Shown in pieces: positions 10,190-20,232 of a stretch of DNA of 64,000 nt. Source of the stretch: Oceanispirochaeta sp. GTDB taxonomy: Bacteria; Spirochaetota; Spirochaetia; DSM-2461. Under the pieces are notes generated by a model. The model had not been told where the DNA came from. It did not search any database and saw nothing but the letters and a program-made list of their open reading frames with translations. The position numbers and the translations under genes are program-made. The stretch is taken from NCBI GenBank assembly GCA_963666275.2, contig CAXXOA010000002.1, forward strand, positions 128,001-192,000, given 5' to 3'. Positions within the stretch are counted from its first letter, which is position 1. Each line of letters opens with the position of its first letter.

Positions 10190-10247
10190 TTCAAATAAAC
10201 ATATGAACATCTACTTATATGTTAATTTCAAATGACAGGAATATCAA
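10190..10247 (-). promoter_or_regulatory. cadA promoter with SmtB/CadC-type operator
   Basis: Minus-strand TTGATA-17-TAACAT; 12-2-12 imperfect inverted repeat AACATATGAACA-TC-TACTTATATGTT (10198-10223) overlapping the -10. Confidence 0.75.
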
Positions 10248-10284
10248 CCATCCCGGGGGAAAAAAGTGAAGATTCTTAAGGGTT

Positions 10285-10641
10285 TCAGCCGAAAAGGATA
10301 TGCTGCTGACAGATCCGGAAAATTTCAATCACATGTTCGTCCGTGAGAGAGTAATAGATATGCTTTCCCTCCCGCCTGGAAACCACCACGTGGGCCTGTT
10401 TCAGCTGCCTCAGCTGATGGGAGACAGCAGGCTGGGTCATTTCCATCAGCTCGGCGATCTCATGAACACAGAGTTCCTCTTCGATCAGGGCATTAACGAT
10501 CCTGAGCCGGGAGGGATCTCCGAAGATCTTGAAGGTCTGAACCATCAGCTCCAGGTTTTCCAGAGGGAGAAGCTTATGTTTTGCTTTTTCTATCCTTGCG
10601 GGATCATGTTTCAGATGGGGTGATTCAATCTCTTCATTCAT
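10285..10641 (-). CDS. ArsR/SmtB family metalloregulator (CadC/SmtB-like)
   Basis: FKIFGDPSRLRI, ELCVHE, AVSHQLRQLK, DEH-x10-H alpha5-type site. Confidence 0.93.
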   Translation of the reverse strand: MNEEIESPHLKHDPARIEKAKHKLLPLENLELMVQTFKIFGDPSRLRIVNALIEEELCVHEIAELMEMTQPAVSHQLRQLKQAHVVVSRREGKHIYYSLTDEHVIEIFRICQQHILFG

Positions 10642-10717
10642 AATAGACTATATTAGCACAGGATGATGCATACGAACAGGGACAGCTCCGCCCCTTTGGG
10701 TCTCAGAAAAAATGGGA

Positions 10718-10746
10718 TTGCCAACAGAACGAGTCGGGGATAGAAT
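10718..10746 (+). promoter_or_regulatory. sigma70 promoter of tRNA-Ser
   Basis: TTGCCA-17 bp-TAGAAT, 9 nt upstream of the tRNA. Confidence 0.8.
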
Positions 10747-10755
10747 ACAGATCAG

Positions 10756-10844
10756 GGAGAGGTGCCGGAGCTGGTCGAACGGGCCTGACTCGAAATCAGG
10801 TGTACTGCTCTGCAGTACCGAGGGTTCGAATCCCTCCTTCTCCG
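10756..10844 (+). tRNA. tRNA-Ser(CGA), CCA not encoded
   Basis: Acceptor GGAGAGG/CTTCTCC, anticodon arm CCTGA-CTCGAAA-TCAGG, long variable arm GTACTGC/GCAGTAC, T-arm GAGGGTTCGAATCCCTC, discriminator G. Confidence 0.97.
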
Positions 10845-10859
10845 TATTTTCTACTTATT

Positions 10860-12059
10860 TCAATCCAGAATGAGAATCTCCACCCGCCGGTTGTCTCTGT
10901 CACCGCCGGCGGGCTCGGTACTCCCGGCTCCCCTGAGAAACAGACGTCCCGCGCCCTCCCTTCCTTCGGGAAACAGGGCCCCGGCCACAGCCCCGGCTCT
11001 CTGGAGAGACAACTCCCGGCGTCCCCGGGGAGATCCATAATCGGCGGTATGTCCGCTTATAAGAATATCCCTGTCCCCGTACCGGGACAGAACATCTCCC
11101 AGAGATTTGAGGGCCCGGTTCTGCTCTTCTGAAATATCCGCCGAGTCGGGACTGAAATAGATCCTGCCCGCCTCTTCCAGGGTCAGCATCACGCCTCTGT
11201 CCGAGGATTCCACCTCCACTCCGGGTAGATCCTTCAGATCCTCTTTCAGCCTTCCGGTTTCGGCATTCCTGTCCAGCTGCTCCGTCTCTCTATAGCGGGT
11301 GATGCCGGAACCGTAAAACTCCTGGGTCACCCCGTCGGTCATGACCATAAGGAATTCAAAGTCCTCTTTTTTCTCTACGGGACGGCCTCTGTCTATATCC
11401 CAGTATAACTCCTGCTCCGACCTCCCCGATATCAGCCTGACAGGCTCCCCTGCGGTTCTGACAGGAAGGTAAAGGTCATAGGATATAAGAATCACCGCCA
11501 GGTCCCTTCCTTCCGGAGAGGTCTCCCTCCGGTCCAGGGTATAGCCGACCTGAACATCCCCCCTGTAGGGACCGTACCAGGATCCCCGGATTCGGAACAT
11601 ATGAAGTTCCCGGGCTTTCAGACTCCAGGAGTCTCCGGGCAGAACGGCATATCCGGGAAATCGTGGAATACTCCTCTGAACAGGCAGAGTCGCTTCTTCG
11701 GGAACATGAAGCTCCCCCAGGGTGTCCCGGCTCATAAGGACTGTTTCCGTTTCGGTCCACTCCAGGACACCCGGCAGGCCGCTGACCCGCTCAACGCTCC
11801 GGAAATCTCCCTCCAGCACAGCATCGCCCCCATCTGTGACATCCAGAACAGTCACAACCGAATACTCGTCGATCTGGGCCTGATGACTCAGGAAGCCATT
11901 GACGTACACACTCTCATCCACAAGGGATTCGGCATGAAGCACCTGGCCTTTTCTATGGTGGAACTGCAGCTCAACCGGTTCGGACGGGAGAATCTGCAGG
12001 GATATAAAAAGGAGGAAAAAAGCGGAGGCGAACCGCATGACTGCCGGGGAGACTCTCAT
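10860..12059 (-). CDS. OmpA-like C-terminal domain protein with signal peptide
   Basis: FSPDSA, ISGHTA, LSLQRA, NRRVEILI; hydrophobic leader; start 12059 or 12038. Confidence 0.82.
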   Translation of the reverse strand: MRVSPAVMRFASAFFLLFISLQILPSEPVELQFHHRKGQVLHAESLVDESVYVNGFLSHQAQIDEYSVVTVLDVTDGGDAVLEGDFRSVERVSGLPGVLEWTETETVLMSRDTLGELHVPEEATLPVQRSIPRFPGYAVLPGDSWSLKARELHMFRIRGSWYGPYRGDVQVGYTLDRRETSPEGRDLAVILISYDLYLPVRTAGEPVRLISGRSEQELYWDIDRGRPVEKKEDFEFLMVMTDGVTQEFYGSGITRYRETEQLDRNAETGRLKEDLKDLPGVEVESSDRGVMLTLEEAGRIYFSPDSADISEEQNRALKSLGDVLSRYGDRDILISGHTADYGSPRGRRELSLQRAGAVAGALFPEGREGAGRLFLRGAGSTEPAGGDRDNRRVEILILD

Positions 12060-12146
12060 AAAGGCATTATCGGCAGTTTTTGTTTTCCCGGAGAGATTGC
12101 CTGAGAAAAACCTGTATAAAGGGGGTATGGGAGTATAAAATTTAAA

Positions 12147-12175
12147 TTTACTTTTACTCACACGTGTGCTACTAT
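12147..12175 (+). promoter_or_regulatory. Putative promoter of Na/Pi cotransporter
   Basis: TTTACT-17-TACTAT with extended TG; palindrome CACACGTGTG in spacer. Confidence 0.5.
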
Positions 12176-12231
12176 ATTAGATCAATCGTGTTTTATTGAC
12201 GCAACGAAGAAGATCAGGAGGATCTAGGCAC

Positions 12232-13890
12232 ATGAGTATTTGGAATCTGTTTTCACTGGTTGGAGGACTGGCTATCTTCCTTTTCGGAATGATGGAAATG
12301 AATAAACACCTCACGTCCATCGCCGGAACCCGAATGAAAACAATTATGATGACATTGACCAAAGGCCCCTTCAGAGGTTACATGACCGGTCTGGGAATAA
12401 CCATCATCAACCAGTCCTCCTCGGCTACCACGGTTCTGGAAGCGGCGCTGGTCGGTGCAGGGCTTATGACATTCAGCCAGAGTCTGGCGGTAACTCTGGG
12501 AGCGGAACTTGGTTCCACCTTCCTTCCCCAGCTGATAGCCTTCCCGTCGATTACCAAACTTTCAACCCTTATTGTCTTTATCGGATTCCTTGTCCTGATT
12601 ACGGTCAAAACAAAAAGGGCCCGACATATCGCCCTGACCATCTTTACCTTCGGTCTTCTCTTCCTGGGTATGGATATGATGTCGGGAGCTTTGAAGCCTC
12701 TGCGCTCCTATGAACCCTTTATCCTTCTGATGAGCAACATCGAAACCCCCATTCTGGGGATTCTTCTGGGGCTCCTGTTCACCATGATCATTCAGTCCTC
12801 GGGTGCGACAACGAGTATTACTATCGCCATGGCCCTGGCGGGGACCATATCCCTGGAACAGGCTATCCCTATCAACCTGGGAGCCGCAGTGGGAACCTGT
12901 ATCACAGCGGTTCTGGGCAGTGTGACACTGAACTGGGAAGCCAAGCGATCCGCCTATATTCATATCCTTTTCCAGCTGATCGGAGCGCTGTGGGTGTTTA
13001 TACTGCTTTCCATCCACTTCCAGGGAGAACGCCTTTACATCTGGTGGATCAAATGGTTCACCCTCCATGCCCTGGGAACCGACAGCCTGGCCCGTCAGAT
13101 AGCCATGGGCTTCACATTCATGCCTGTGATCAACCACATAATCATCTTTCCCAACCTGAAGCTGGTCCTCAGGCTTTTCAACAGGATTTTCCCCGAAAGG
13201 GAGGCGGAAAAGCCCTTCGGTCCGGTCTATATAAAGGACTCCCTTATCACAAAGAGTACCGAGCTCTCACTTATGATGGCCAAAAAGGAGATTACCAGGG
13301 TCAGTGATTTCATCAAGATAATGATCAATGAGATGAAATCCGCCTTCAGAAGCAGCGACCCGGCGGTTTTTGAAAGAGTCAGTCTGCTGGACTCCAAGGT
13401 GGATACCCTTCATAAAGCGATCATCCCCTTCCTTGCCAGACTCTCCCAGGAGGAACTCACAGCCAGAGAATCGGATCTCTGTATGAATTACATGTACATT
13501 CAGAATGAGCTGGAGTCCATTGGAGATGTGATAGACAAAAATATAATGAGCCTTGCCACCAAGAAGATAGAACAGAACCTGATCTTTTCAGAAGAGGGAT
13601 TTCATGAACTGGAGCATCTGATCTACAAGGTAAACCGGAACTTTGAATACCTCGGCGAAGCTCTGAAAAACAACGATCCCGATCCGGCCAGGCTCGTGCT
13701 GGACTCCTACAAGAAAAAAGAGGAAGAGAAGTATAAAAAGCTTCATATTGAGCGTCTGTACAGAGGGCAGGCAGAGTCCATTGCCACATCGGCGGTCCAC
13801 CTGGACCTGATCTCCTATTTCAGCAAAATAAACGGCCATATCGCCTATATTGCCAAGAGACTGCCCCTGGTTTCTCTGACTACGCTCTGA
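12232..13890 (+). CDS. Na/Pi cotransporter family protein with PhoU-like C-terminus
   Basis: QSSSATT and QSSGATT repeats, GAELGST, GAAVGTC, ELESIGD; AGGAGG RBS. Confidence 0.92.
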   Translation: MSIWNLFSLVGGLAIFLFGMMEMNKHLTSIAGTRMKTIMMTLTKGPFRGYMTGLGITIINQSSSATTVLEAALVGAGLMTFSQSLAVTLGAELGSTFLPQLIAFPSITKLSTLIVFIGFLVLITVKTKRARHIALTIFTFGLLFLGMDMMSGALKPLRSYEPFILLMSNIETPILGILLGLLFTMIIQSSGATTSITIAMALAGTISLEQAIPINLGAAVGTCITAVLGSVTLNWEAKRSAYIHILFQLIGALWVFILLSIHFQGERLYIWWIKWFTLHALGTDSLARQIAMGFTFMPVINHIIIFPNLKLVLRLFNRIFPEREAEKPFGPVYIKDSLITKSTELSLMMAKKEITRVSDFIKIMINEMKSAFRSSDPAVFERVSLLDSKVDTLHKAIIPFLARLSQEELTARESDLCMNYMYIQNELESIGDVIDKNIMSLATKKIEQNLIFSEEGFHELEHLIYKVNRNFEYLGEALKNNDPDPARLVLDSYKKKEEEKYKKLHIERLYRGQAESIATSAVHLDLISYFSKINGHIAYIAKRLPLVSLTTL

Positions 13891-14866
13891 GGCCGGCTTC
13901 TGCCGGGGAGGAGGATGGATTCATCCTGTAGATTCTGTAGTTCCAGTTGATGATTTCAGCCCGGAACCGGGATTCGTCCTCCCGGAGCATCCTGTCCAGA
14001 TTCTTCTCCAGCCCCTTATGGTTATGGGGCACTACGAGATAATCAAAATCAGACAGGCTGCCGAAGGGGGCGGCGTCTCCCGGCAGGGAGCTCAGGACCT
14101 CGTGGCCTGTGAGAACCAGAATTTTCCTTCCCTTTGCCTCCTTCAGAAGAGCTTCTTTCTGAAGAGCTTCTTCGGGATGCTCCACATAGAGTGTCCCGTC
14201 CACCAGAAACGACGTCCCCTGAATAATATAGTCAAACTCCTGAGACAGCACAGACTCTCCGATAGGCCCGATAAAGGTGTTCGTAACAGGATCGAGCACC
14301 CCTCCGGAAGAGGAAATCCTTATGTTTGCCAGTTGGCTGCCGTAGGAGAGGATGCTGTTGAGAACACTGATATTATTGGTGTGAATGTCGCAGGAAATAT
14401 GATCCTCCGCCGCTTTGGCGGCAATTATATTGGAAAGATGATACAGGGTGCTCCCCGCCCCCAGAAACAGCTTCACAGCCTGATCCGGCCTGCCTGATTT
14501 TCTGCTGTGGGCAATCAGATCGTAAATTCCGTTACTGACTTTGATCTTCTGGGAGATATACAGATGCCTTTTCTGGGTAAAAGAGTTGTTCTCCCCATTC
14601 ACTCTCAGAAAAGAGCCGCCTTCCCTATCTTTTTCCAGAGTGAAAAGACGGGTTTTTATCTCATCCTCATAATTTCTGATCTGTTTATAGATCCATTTGT
14701 TATCCGAATAGGAGACATCATAGGTCTCTTTCAGGTAGGAGGCGATATCGTCCATACTCATCCGGACATCCATAATGGATTCGGACTGATTGTCGTCATA
14801 TTTATGGGAAAAGAGGTAGAACAGTGACTCCACAAGGGTATCTCTTTTCAATCTGTGTTTTGACAT
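13880..14866 (-). CDS. DeoR/GlpR-like regulator (sugar-phosphate sensing C-domain, atypical N-terminus)
   Basis: LFLGAGST, IHTNNI, GGVLDP, KEALL..ILVL match DeoRC pattern; divergent from ABC operon. Confidence 0.65.
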   Translation of the reverse strand: MSKHRLKRDTLVESLFYLFSHKYDDNQSESIMDVRMSMDDIASYLKETYDVSYSDNKWIYKQIRNYEDEIKTRLFTLEKDREGGSFLRVNGENNSFTQKRHLYISQKIKVSNGIYDLIAHSRKSGRPDQAVKLFLGAGSTLYHLSNIIAAKAAEDHISCDIHTNNISVLNSILSYGSQLANIRISSSGGVLDPVTNTFIGPIGESVLSQEFDYIIQGTSFLVDGTLYVEHPEEALQKEALLKEAKGRKILVLTGHEVLSSLPGDAAPFGSLSDFDYLVVPHNHKGLEKNLDRMLREDESRFRAEIINWNYRIYRMNPSSSPAEAGLRA

Positions 14867-15001
14867 GGTTCCCTCTACAGCCTGAAATGGGGATTTAACT
14901 AATAACAGGAACATAATAAGTGAATTTCGGTTATTAAGTCAAAAGTAAAAATTCATTGCGGTTTGGAGAAGATAGCCTATCCTGAATGGAGGAGGAAAAT
15001 T

Positions 15002-16273
15002 ATGAAAAAGATTTTCATTATCGTACTATCAATCCTTTCTATTCTTCCTGTCTTCTCAGGAGGACAGCAGGAGGACTCAGGATCAAAAAAGGTGACTCTT
15101 ACCATAGCAGGAAGAGACGGAGCCTACGGAGACTCCATGCAGCTGGCAGTGGATGCCTACAGGGAACTGCATCCCAATGTGGATTTCGAGGTTCTCAAAC
15201 TTTCCGGAAGCAGTCTGTTTGAAAAATCCGTTATCGACATGAAAAGCGGACTGGGAACATATGACATTATCCTTGTGGATGACCCCAACCTGACACAGTT
15301 CCAGCAGCAGTCCTGGCTGGCCGATCTGGATGCCCTTTATGATAATGCCGGAGCGAGCCCTGATAAGGACTTCATAGGTTCCGCCCTGAAACTGGGACGC
15401 TATCCCTACCGGGAAGATGCTCCTCTCTACGCCCTCCCCTTTGCGGGAAATGTTGAACTCTTTGCCTATAGAACCGACCTGTTCGAAAAATACGGCCTTC
15501 AGGAACCTGAAAAATGGGACGATGTTATGACAGCCGTTAAAACCATCGGTGAAAATGAAGCGGATGTTTCGGGCGTGGTATTCCGCGGAACCAAGGGAAA
15601 CCCCATCGTCACAGGATTCCTTCCTATTTTCTGGTCCTACGGAGCCAGGATCCTGGATGACAACGGTAACGTCACTGTCAACTCTCCTGCCGCTCTGGAT
15701 GCTCTGAACTTCTTTCTTGAAATGGCAGCCTACGCTCCGGAAGGTGTGTCCATGTACCAGTCAGCCCAGGTAAAGGATGCCATCTACTCAGGAACTGCCG
15801 CAGTGGCAACCGAAGTATGGCCCGGATGGATCGGAAAACTGGAAGACCCCTCGGAATCCTCTGTTGTAGGAAAAGTAAGAGTAACCAAACACCCCGGACA
15901 GGTGGAGAAATCCTCACCCATGATCGGCGTATGGATGATTGCCATTCCTGAAGCTTCCAAAAATCATGAAGCGGCATTTGACTTTATCCAGTTTGCCACC
16001 AGCCGTGATATTCAGACACAGATGGCCGATGTCTACGGAAATCCCCCCACAAGAGAATCCGTATACGGCGTCTCCGAACTAAGCGTAAAATACCCCTGGT
16101 ATCCGGCTCAGCTGGATGCTCTGAACAACGGAGTTGCCAGAACCAGAACTACCAAATGGAAAGAGATCGAAGATCAGATGGGAACAGCACTCCAGTTTGC
16201 TCTTATCGGAGAATGGTCTGCATCCAAAGCTCTGGAAGAGATGGAAAAAGGTATCAGTGAAGTTCTGAAATAA
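15002..16273 (+). CDS. Sugar ABC transporter substrate-binding protein
   Basis: Signal peptide ending FSGGQQE, YDII, LYALP, YRTDLF, PEKWDD; GGAGG RBS. Confidence 0.92.
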   Translation: MKKIFIIVLSILSILPVFSGGQQEDSGSKKVTLTIAGRDGAYGDSMQLAVDAYRELHPNVDFEVLKLSGSSLFEKSVIDMKSGLGTYDIILVDDPNLTQFQQQSWLADLDALYDNAGASPDKDFIGSALKLGRYPYREDAPLYALPFAGNVELFAYRTDLFEKYGLQEPEKWDDVMTAVKTIGENEADVSGVVFRGTKGNPIVTGFLPIFWSYGARILDDNGNVTVNSPAALDALNFFLEMAAYAPEGVSMYQSAQVKDAIYSGTAAVATEVWPGWIGKLEDPSESSVVGKVRVTKHPGQVEKSSPMIGVWMIAIPEASKNHEAAFDFIQFATSRDIQTQMADVYGNPPTRESVYGVSELSVKYPWYPAQLDALNNGVARTRTTKWKEIEDQMGTALQFALIGEWSASKALEEMEKGISEVLK

Positions 16274-16293
16274 AAAAAAGATTTAATCCATTA

Positions 16294-16336
16294 AGACTCC
16301 GGGGGAAACTCCTGCCTCTCTCCGGAGTCTATTTTT
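16294..16336 (+). terminator. Intra-operon stem-loop after SBP gene
   Basis: AGACTCCGG...CCGGAGTCT followed by ATTTTT. Confidence 0.6.
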
Positions 16337-16344
16337 CGGAGACT

Positions 16345-17220
16345 ATGATGACACAAAATATGTACAAAAAATCAGGATTCTTCTATCTGATACTCCTGCC
16401 GGCGCTGCTTATTATGCTCTGGCTCACGGTCTATCCGGTGCTGAATGTTTTTTATCTTTCCTTTTACAAATACAACTTTCTCAGCGACGACAAAGCCTTC
16501 ATCGGTCTGGGAAACTACATCAGGATACTACAGGAAAACCTCTTTCTGGAGGCCTTCAGAAATACCCTGGTTTTTTCTGTTCTGGCGACGGTTGCGGAGG
16601 TTCTGCTGGGAATCGCCCTGGCGCTCCTATTTTACGGAACCTTCAGAGCCAAAAAGATGTTTATGATCATCATAATCTTTCCCATGATGGTCTCTTCCAT
16701 GGTTATATGCGCTGTGTGGAAAACCCTTTATCACTATGATATCGGCCTTCTTAACTTTCTGATCAGAGAGTCGGGCGGACAGCCCGTGGGATGGCTCATC
16801 GACCAGGGGAAAGCCCTTTTCTCTATTGTCATCATAGACATATGGCAGTGGACTCCCTTCGCCTTCATAATGATGCAGGCAGCCATGGGGTCTATTCCCG
16901 ATGAAATATTCGAAGCTGCCCAGCTGGACGGTGCCCGCTACTTCCGAACAGTCCGGTCCATTACTCTGCCCATTCTGTCTGACCAGATTATGCTGCTGAT
17001 AATGCTGAGGACAATCGATACATTCAAACTCTTTGGAAAGGTTTACGCCCTCACACAGGGAGGTCCGGGGAACGCCACAGAGACCATGTCCTACTACATC
17101 TACAGGGAAGGATTTTCCTACTTCAACCTTGGAAAAGCCTCAACCGCCTCACTCTACACTCTTATTGTTGTTGCGGCCATTTCGTTTATCTACATACGGA
17201 AAATACTCAAAGAGGACTGA
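16345..17220 (+). CDS. Carbohydrate ABC transporter permease
   Basis: FIGLGNY, WQWTPF, EAAQLDGA, LTQGGPG. Confidence 0.93.
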   Translation: MMTQNMYKKSGFFYLILLPALLIMLWLTVYPVLNVFYLSFYKYNFLSDDKAFIGLGNYIRILQENLFLEAFRNTLVFSVLATVAEVLLGIALALLFYGTFRAKKMFMIIIIFPMMVSSMVICAVWKTLYHYDIGLLNFLIRESGGQPVGWLIDQGKALFSIVIIDIWQWTPFAFIMMQAAMGSIPDEIFEAAQLDGARYFRTVRSITLPILSDQIMLLIMLRTIDTFKLFGKVYALTQGGPGNATETMSYYIYREGFSYFNLGKASTASLYTLIVVAAISFIYIRKILKED

Positions 17221-17224
17221 TGAC

Positions 17225-18055
17225 ATGTATTCTAAAATAAAAAAGAGAAATATATTCTTCTGGCTTTTACTGCTTACCATTACTTTAATAACTCTGTTTC
17301 CCATTTACTGGATAGCAGTTACGTCTCTGAAAACACCTGTAGAGGTTATTTCACCCCGGCCGACTCTGATACCTCATACCTTCACCCTTGAGAATTACTT
17401 TAATGTGATACAAAGCGGCTTTTTCCGTCATCTGTTCAACAGCCTGCTGGTGGCAGCTACAGCGACCCTTCTCTCACTGGGGCTTTCCACCATGGCATCC
17501 TATGCCCTGATCAGGCACAGATTTCCCTTTCATATTAACAGCCTTTTCCTTGTATGGGTTCTGGTGGTCAAGATTCTGCCCCCGGTAGTTCTGGCCATTC
17601 CCCTCTATTCCATTTTTATCAAAATGGGGCTGATCAACAGCCGGCTGGGACTCATCCTTGTGTACCAGGTATACACCCTGCCCTACTGTATATGGATGAT
17701 CTTCGGATTTCTCAAAGCTCTGCCCATCACCTTTGAGGAAGCCGCCATGATCGACGGTGCGGGTCGGTTCTATATTCTGGGAAACATTGTTCTGCCTCTG
17801 GCCAGAACAGGAATCATTGCCACTTCCATTTTCAGCGTCATTGCCGCATGGGATGAGTTTCTCTTTGCCCTGCTCTTTATCAGAACGCCCTCGCTGGAAA
17901 CACTGCCTCTGGTGATCGTTAACTTCATCGGTGAGTATGAAACCCTCTGGGGAGAACTCATGGGAATCGGCCTGCTGACGACCCTGCCTGTACTGTTCTT
18001 TTCCAGCTATGTGTACAAATACTATACCCGCGGATTTTCAGTGAGCCTCAAATGA
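17225..18055 (+). CDS. Carbohydrate ABC transporter permease
   Basis: TSLK, EEAAMIDGA, AWDEFLFAL; start at ATG 17225. Confidence 0.93.
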   Translation: MYSKIKKRNIFFWLLLLTITLITLFPIYWIAVTSLKTPVEVISPRPTLIPHTFTLENYFNVIQSGFFRHLFNSLLVAATATLLSLGLSTMASYALIRHRFPFHINSLFLVWVLVVKILPPVVLAIPLYSIFIKMGLINSRLGLILVYQVYTLPYCIWMIFGFLKALPITFEEAAMIDGAGRFYILGNIVLPLARTGIIATSIFSVIAAWDEFLFALLFIRTPSLETLPLVIVNFIGEYETLWGELMGIGLLTTLPVLFFSSYVYKYYTRGFSVSLK

Positions 18056-18777
18056 AAAAGACACCAGCCCCCCTGATCACCCTGCACAGCGGTGCTCTGG
18101 GCACTCCCCCCAACAGCCTGGACTATCTGAAAACCGCTATCCGCTACAAACCGGACATCATAGAAATTGATGTGAGGGTCACAGGAGACAACATCGCGGT
18201 GCTCTGCCACGATCCCTTCATTACCGGGATCTCCGGAGAAAAAGTCTATCTGGACAGCCACCCGATCCGGTTTCTGAAAGATGTGAAACCCGATCTGCTG
18301 ACCCTGAAGGAGGCCCTCCGGTTCAGCAGGGAGAAAGGGCTCTTCTTGAACCTGGATCTCAAGTCCATAGAGGCGGCGGACGCCCTGGTTGCAGACCTGA
18401 CCCACCTGGATCAGAGTGATAACATCATTGTCTCAGGTTGTCATAAAAAAGAGGCCGCCTATCTGCGGGAGAAGATCCCCCATCTGAGAGTCCTCTACAA
18501 CATACAGGATGAGGAGCTCACAATGGACCCTCAGGGCTATATGGAGAGCGTGAAGACTGTGGTAAACGAGGCCTCCCGTCTTGGCTGCTGCGGCCTGAAT
18601 GTAAACTATCTGTTCTGCCGCCGGGATCTTGTGAAATACGCCGCATTGAGAAGCCTGCCCACCATGGTCTGGACCATCGATGACAGGGATCTCATGCAGG
18701 ACTTTATGGATATGGGGGTCTACTCCATCACCACCAACAGGATCGACCTGCTCTCTTCGGGAAGCCTTAAGGAGTAA
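18052..18777 (+). CDS. Glycerophosphodiester phosphodiesterase family protein
   Basis: [29 protein letters not shown] in place of HRG; ATGA overlap with permease. Confidence 0.85.
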   Translation: MKKTPAPLITLHSGALGTPPNSLDYLKTAIRYKPDIIEIDVRVTGDNIAVLCHDPFITGISGEKVYLDSHPIRFLKDVKPDLLTLKEALRFSREKGLFLNLDLKSIEAADALVADLTHLDQSDNIIVSGCHKKEAAYLREKIPHLRVLYNIQDEELTMDPQGYMESVKTVVNEASRLGCCGLNVNYLFCRRDLVKYAALRSLPTMVWTIDDRDLMQDFMDMGVYSITTNRIDLLSSGSLKE

Positions 18778-19621
18778 GCTCCTCCGCCTTTGTCAGTATT
18801 CGGTTTACCTCTTCGGGCCAGAGAGACTCATCAATGGTTTCCAGCACAAGGGGGATCCCGTCAAAGCGGGGATCAGAACCGATACTGTCAAAAGCCTCCC
18901 ATCCGATATTCCCCCATCCCAGGCTGTGATGCCTGTCAAGATGACTTTCATAGGTGGATTTGGCATCATTCAGGTGCATCCCCTTCAGAAAGGGCATTCC
19001 CACAATGCGGTCAAACTCCTGCCAGACCGCTTCCCTGGCTTCGGAAGTTCTCAAATCATAGCCGGCGGCAAAGAGATGGCAGGTATCCAGGCAGACCCCC
19101 ACACGGGATCTGTCTTTCACACCTTCGATGATCCGGGCGATCTCTTCGAAACGGCTGCCCATATTGCTGCCCTGGCCGGCTGTATTTTCAATCAGAAGGA
19201 CAGCATGTTCCGTCTGATCAATGGTAATATTAAGACTCTCGGCGATCCTGTCCAGACAATCCCCCGGTTCCATGGCTTTCAGATGGCTGCCGGGATGAAA
19301 GTTCAGGTATTTCAACCCCAGCTGTTCCACCCTCTGCACTTCGTCCAGAAAGGCGGCACGGGATTTCTCCAGCTTCTCTGATTCGGGATGGCCCAGATTG
19401 ATCAGGTAGGAGTCATGAGGCAGAACACAGTCTGCCGAATAGCCCCGGGCTTCCAGGTTCTCCCGAAACTTGCGGATATTCTCCTCTTCCAGAGGTTTGG
19501 CAATCCACTGCCTCTGGTTTTTGGTGAACATGCCGAAGCCGGTGGCGCCAACCTTTTCGGCATTCAGAGGGGCATTTTCCACCCCTCCGGCGATACTGAC
19601 ATGGGGTCCTATATATTTCAT
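18767..19621 (-). CDS. nfo: Endonuclease IV
   Basis: [48 protein letters not shown]. Confidence 0.96.
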   Translation of the reverse strand: MKYIGPHVSIAGGVENAPLNAEKVGATGFGMFTKNQRQWIAKPLEEENIRKFRENLEARGYSADCVLPHDSYLINLGHPESEKLEKSRAAFLDEVQRVEQLGLKYLNFHPGSHLKAMEPGDCLDRIAESLNITIDQTEHAVLLIENTAGQGSNMGSRFEEIARIIEGVKDRSRVGVCLDTCHLFAAGYDLRTSEAREAVWQEFDRIVGMPFLKGMHLNDAKSTYESHLDRHHSLGWGNIGWEAFDSIGSDPRFDGIPLVLETIDESLWPEEVNRILTKAEELTP

Positions 19622-19688
19622 ACTGGTTCCTTCATTTTTTTCTCTCATATAAAATAAGAGTTGCACTCCGGAGAGACAAGGAGAACAT

Positions 19689-20198
19689 ATGAATCTATAC
19701 AAATGCGGCCCTGAAGATCTGAATCAGGTGATATCCATCGGCAGGGAAACCTACTACGACACATTTCAGGCCATGAACAGCGCCGAAACCATGCAGAAAT
19801 ACCTGGATGAATCCTTCAGTAGAACAAAAATGGAAAAAGAACTGAACAACCCGGATTCGAGCTTTTACTTCCTATATGACCAAGGATCTCTGGTGGGCTA
19901 CATCAAAATCAATGCCGCCCCTTCCCAGACGGATATAAATGATAAGGATTCTCTGGAACTGGAGCGGATCTATGTGAAAAACCGCTTTAAAGGATACGGA
20001 TATGGAAGATTTCTCATAGAACAAACCTTTGGGATAGCACGTGAGAGAGGGTGCCGATATGTCTGGCTTGGTGTCTGGGAGAAAAACACGGCAGCCATCG
20101 ACTTCTACAGAAAAATGGGATTTGTCATGGTTGATCAGCACCCATTTCGAATGGGCGACGAAATTCAGAATGATTTTGTCCTGAAAAAGTCCCTCTGA
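19689..20198 (+). CDS. GNAT N-acetyltransferase, PaiA-like
   Basis: [27 protein letters not shown]. Confidence 0.88.
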   Translation: MNLYKCGPEDLNQVISIGRETYYDTFQAMNSAETMQKYLDESFSRTKMEKELNNPDSSFYFLYDQGSLVGYIKINAAPSQTDINDKDSLELERIYVKNRFKGYGYGRFLIEQTFGIARERGCRYVWLGVWEKNTAAIDFYRKMGFVMVDQHPFRMGDEIQNDFVLKKSL

Positions 20199-20232
20199 AA
20201 CATCCTCCGGCATTCTCCCCCGGCCAGAAAAT

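Noticed and set aside
10756..10860. tRNA-Ser as an island attachment site
   Set aside because: No integrase, and I noticed no duplicated tRNA 3' end in the window.
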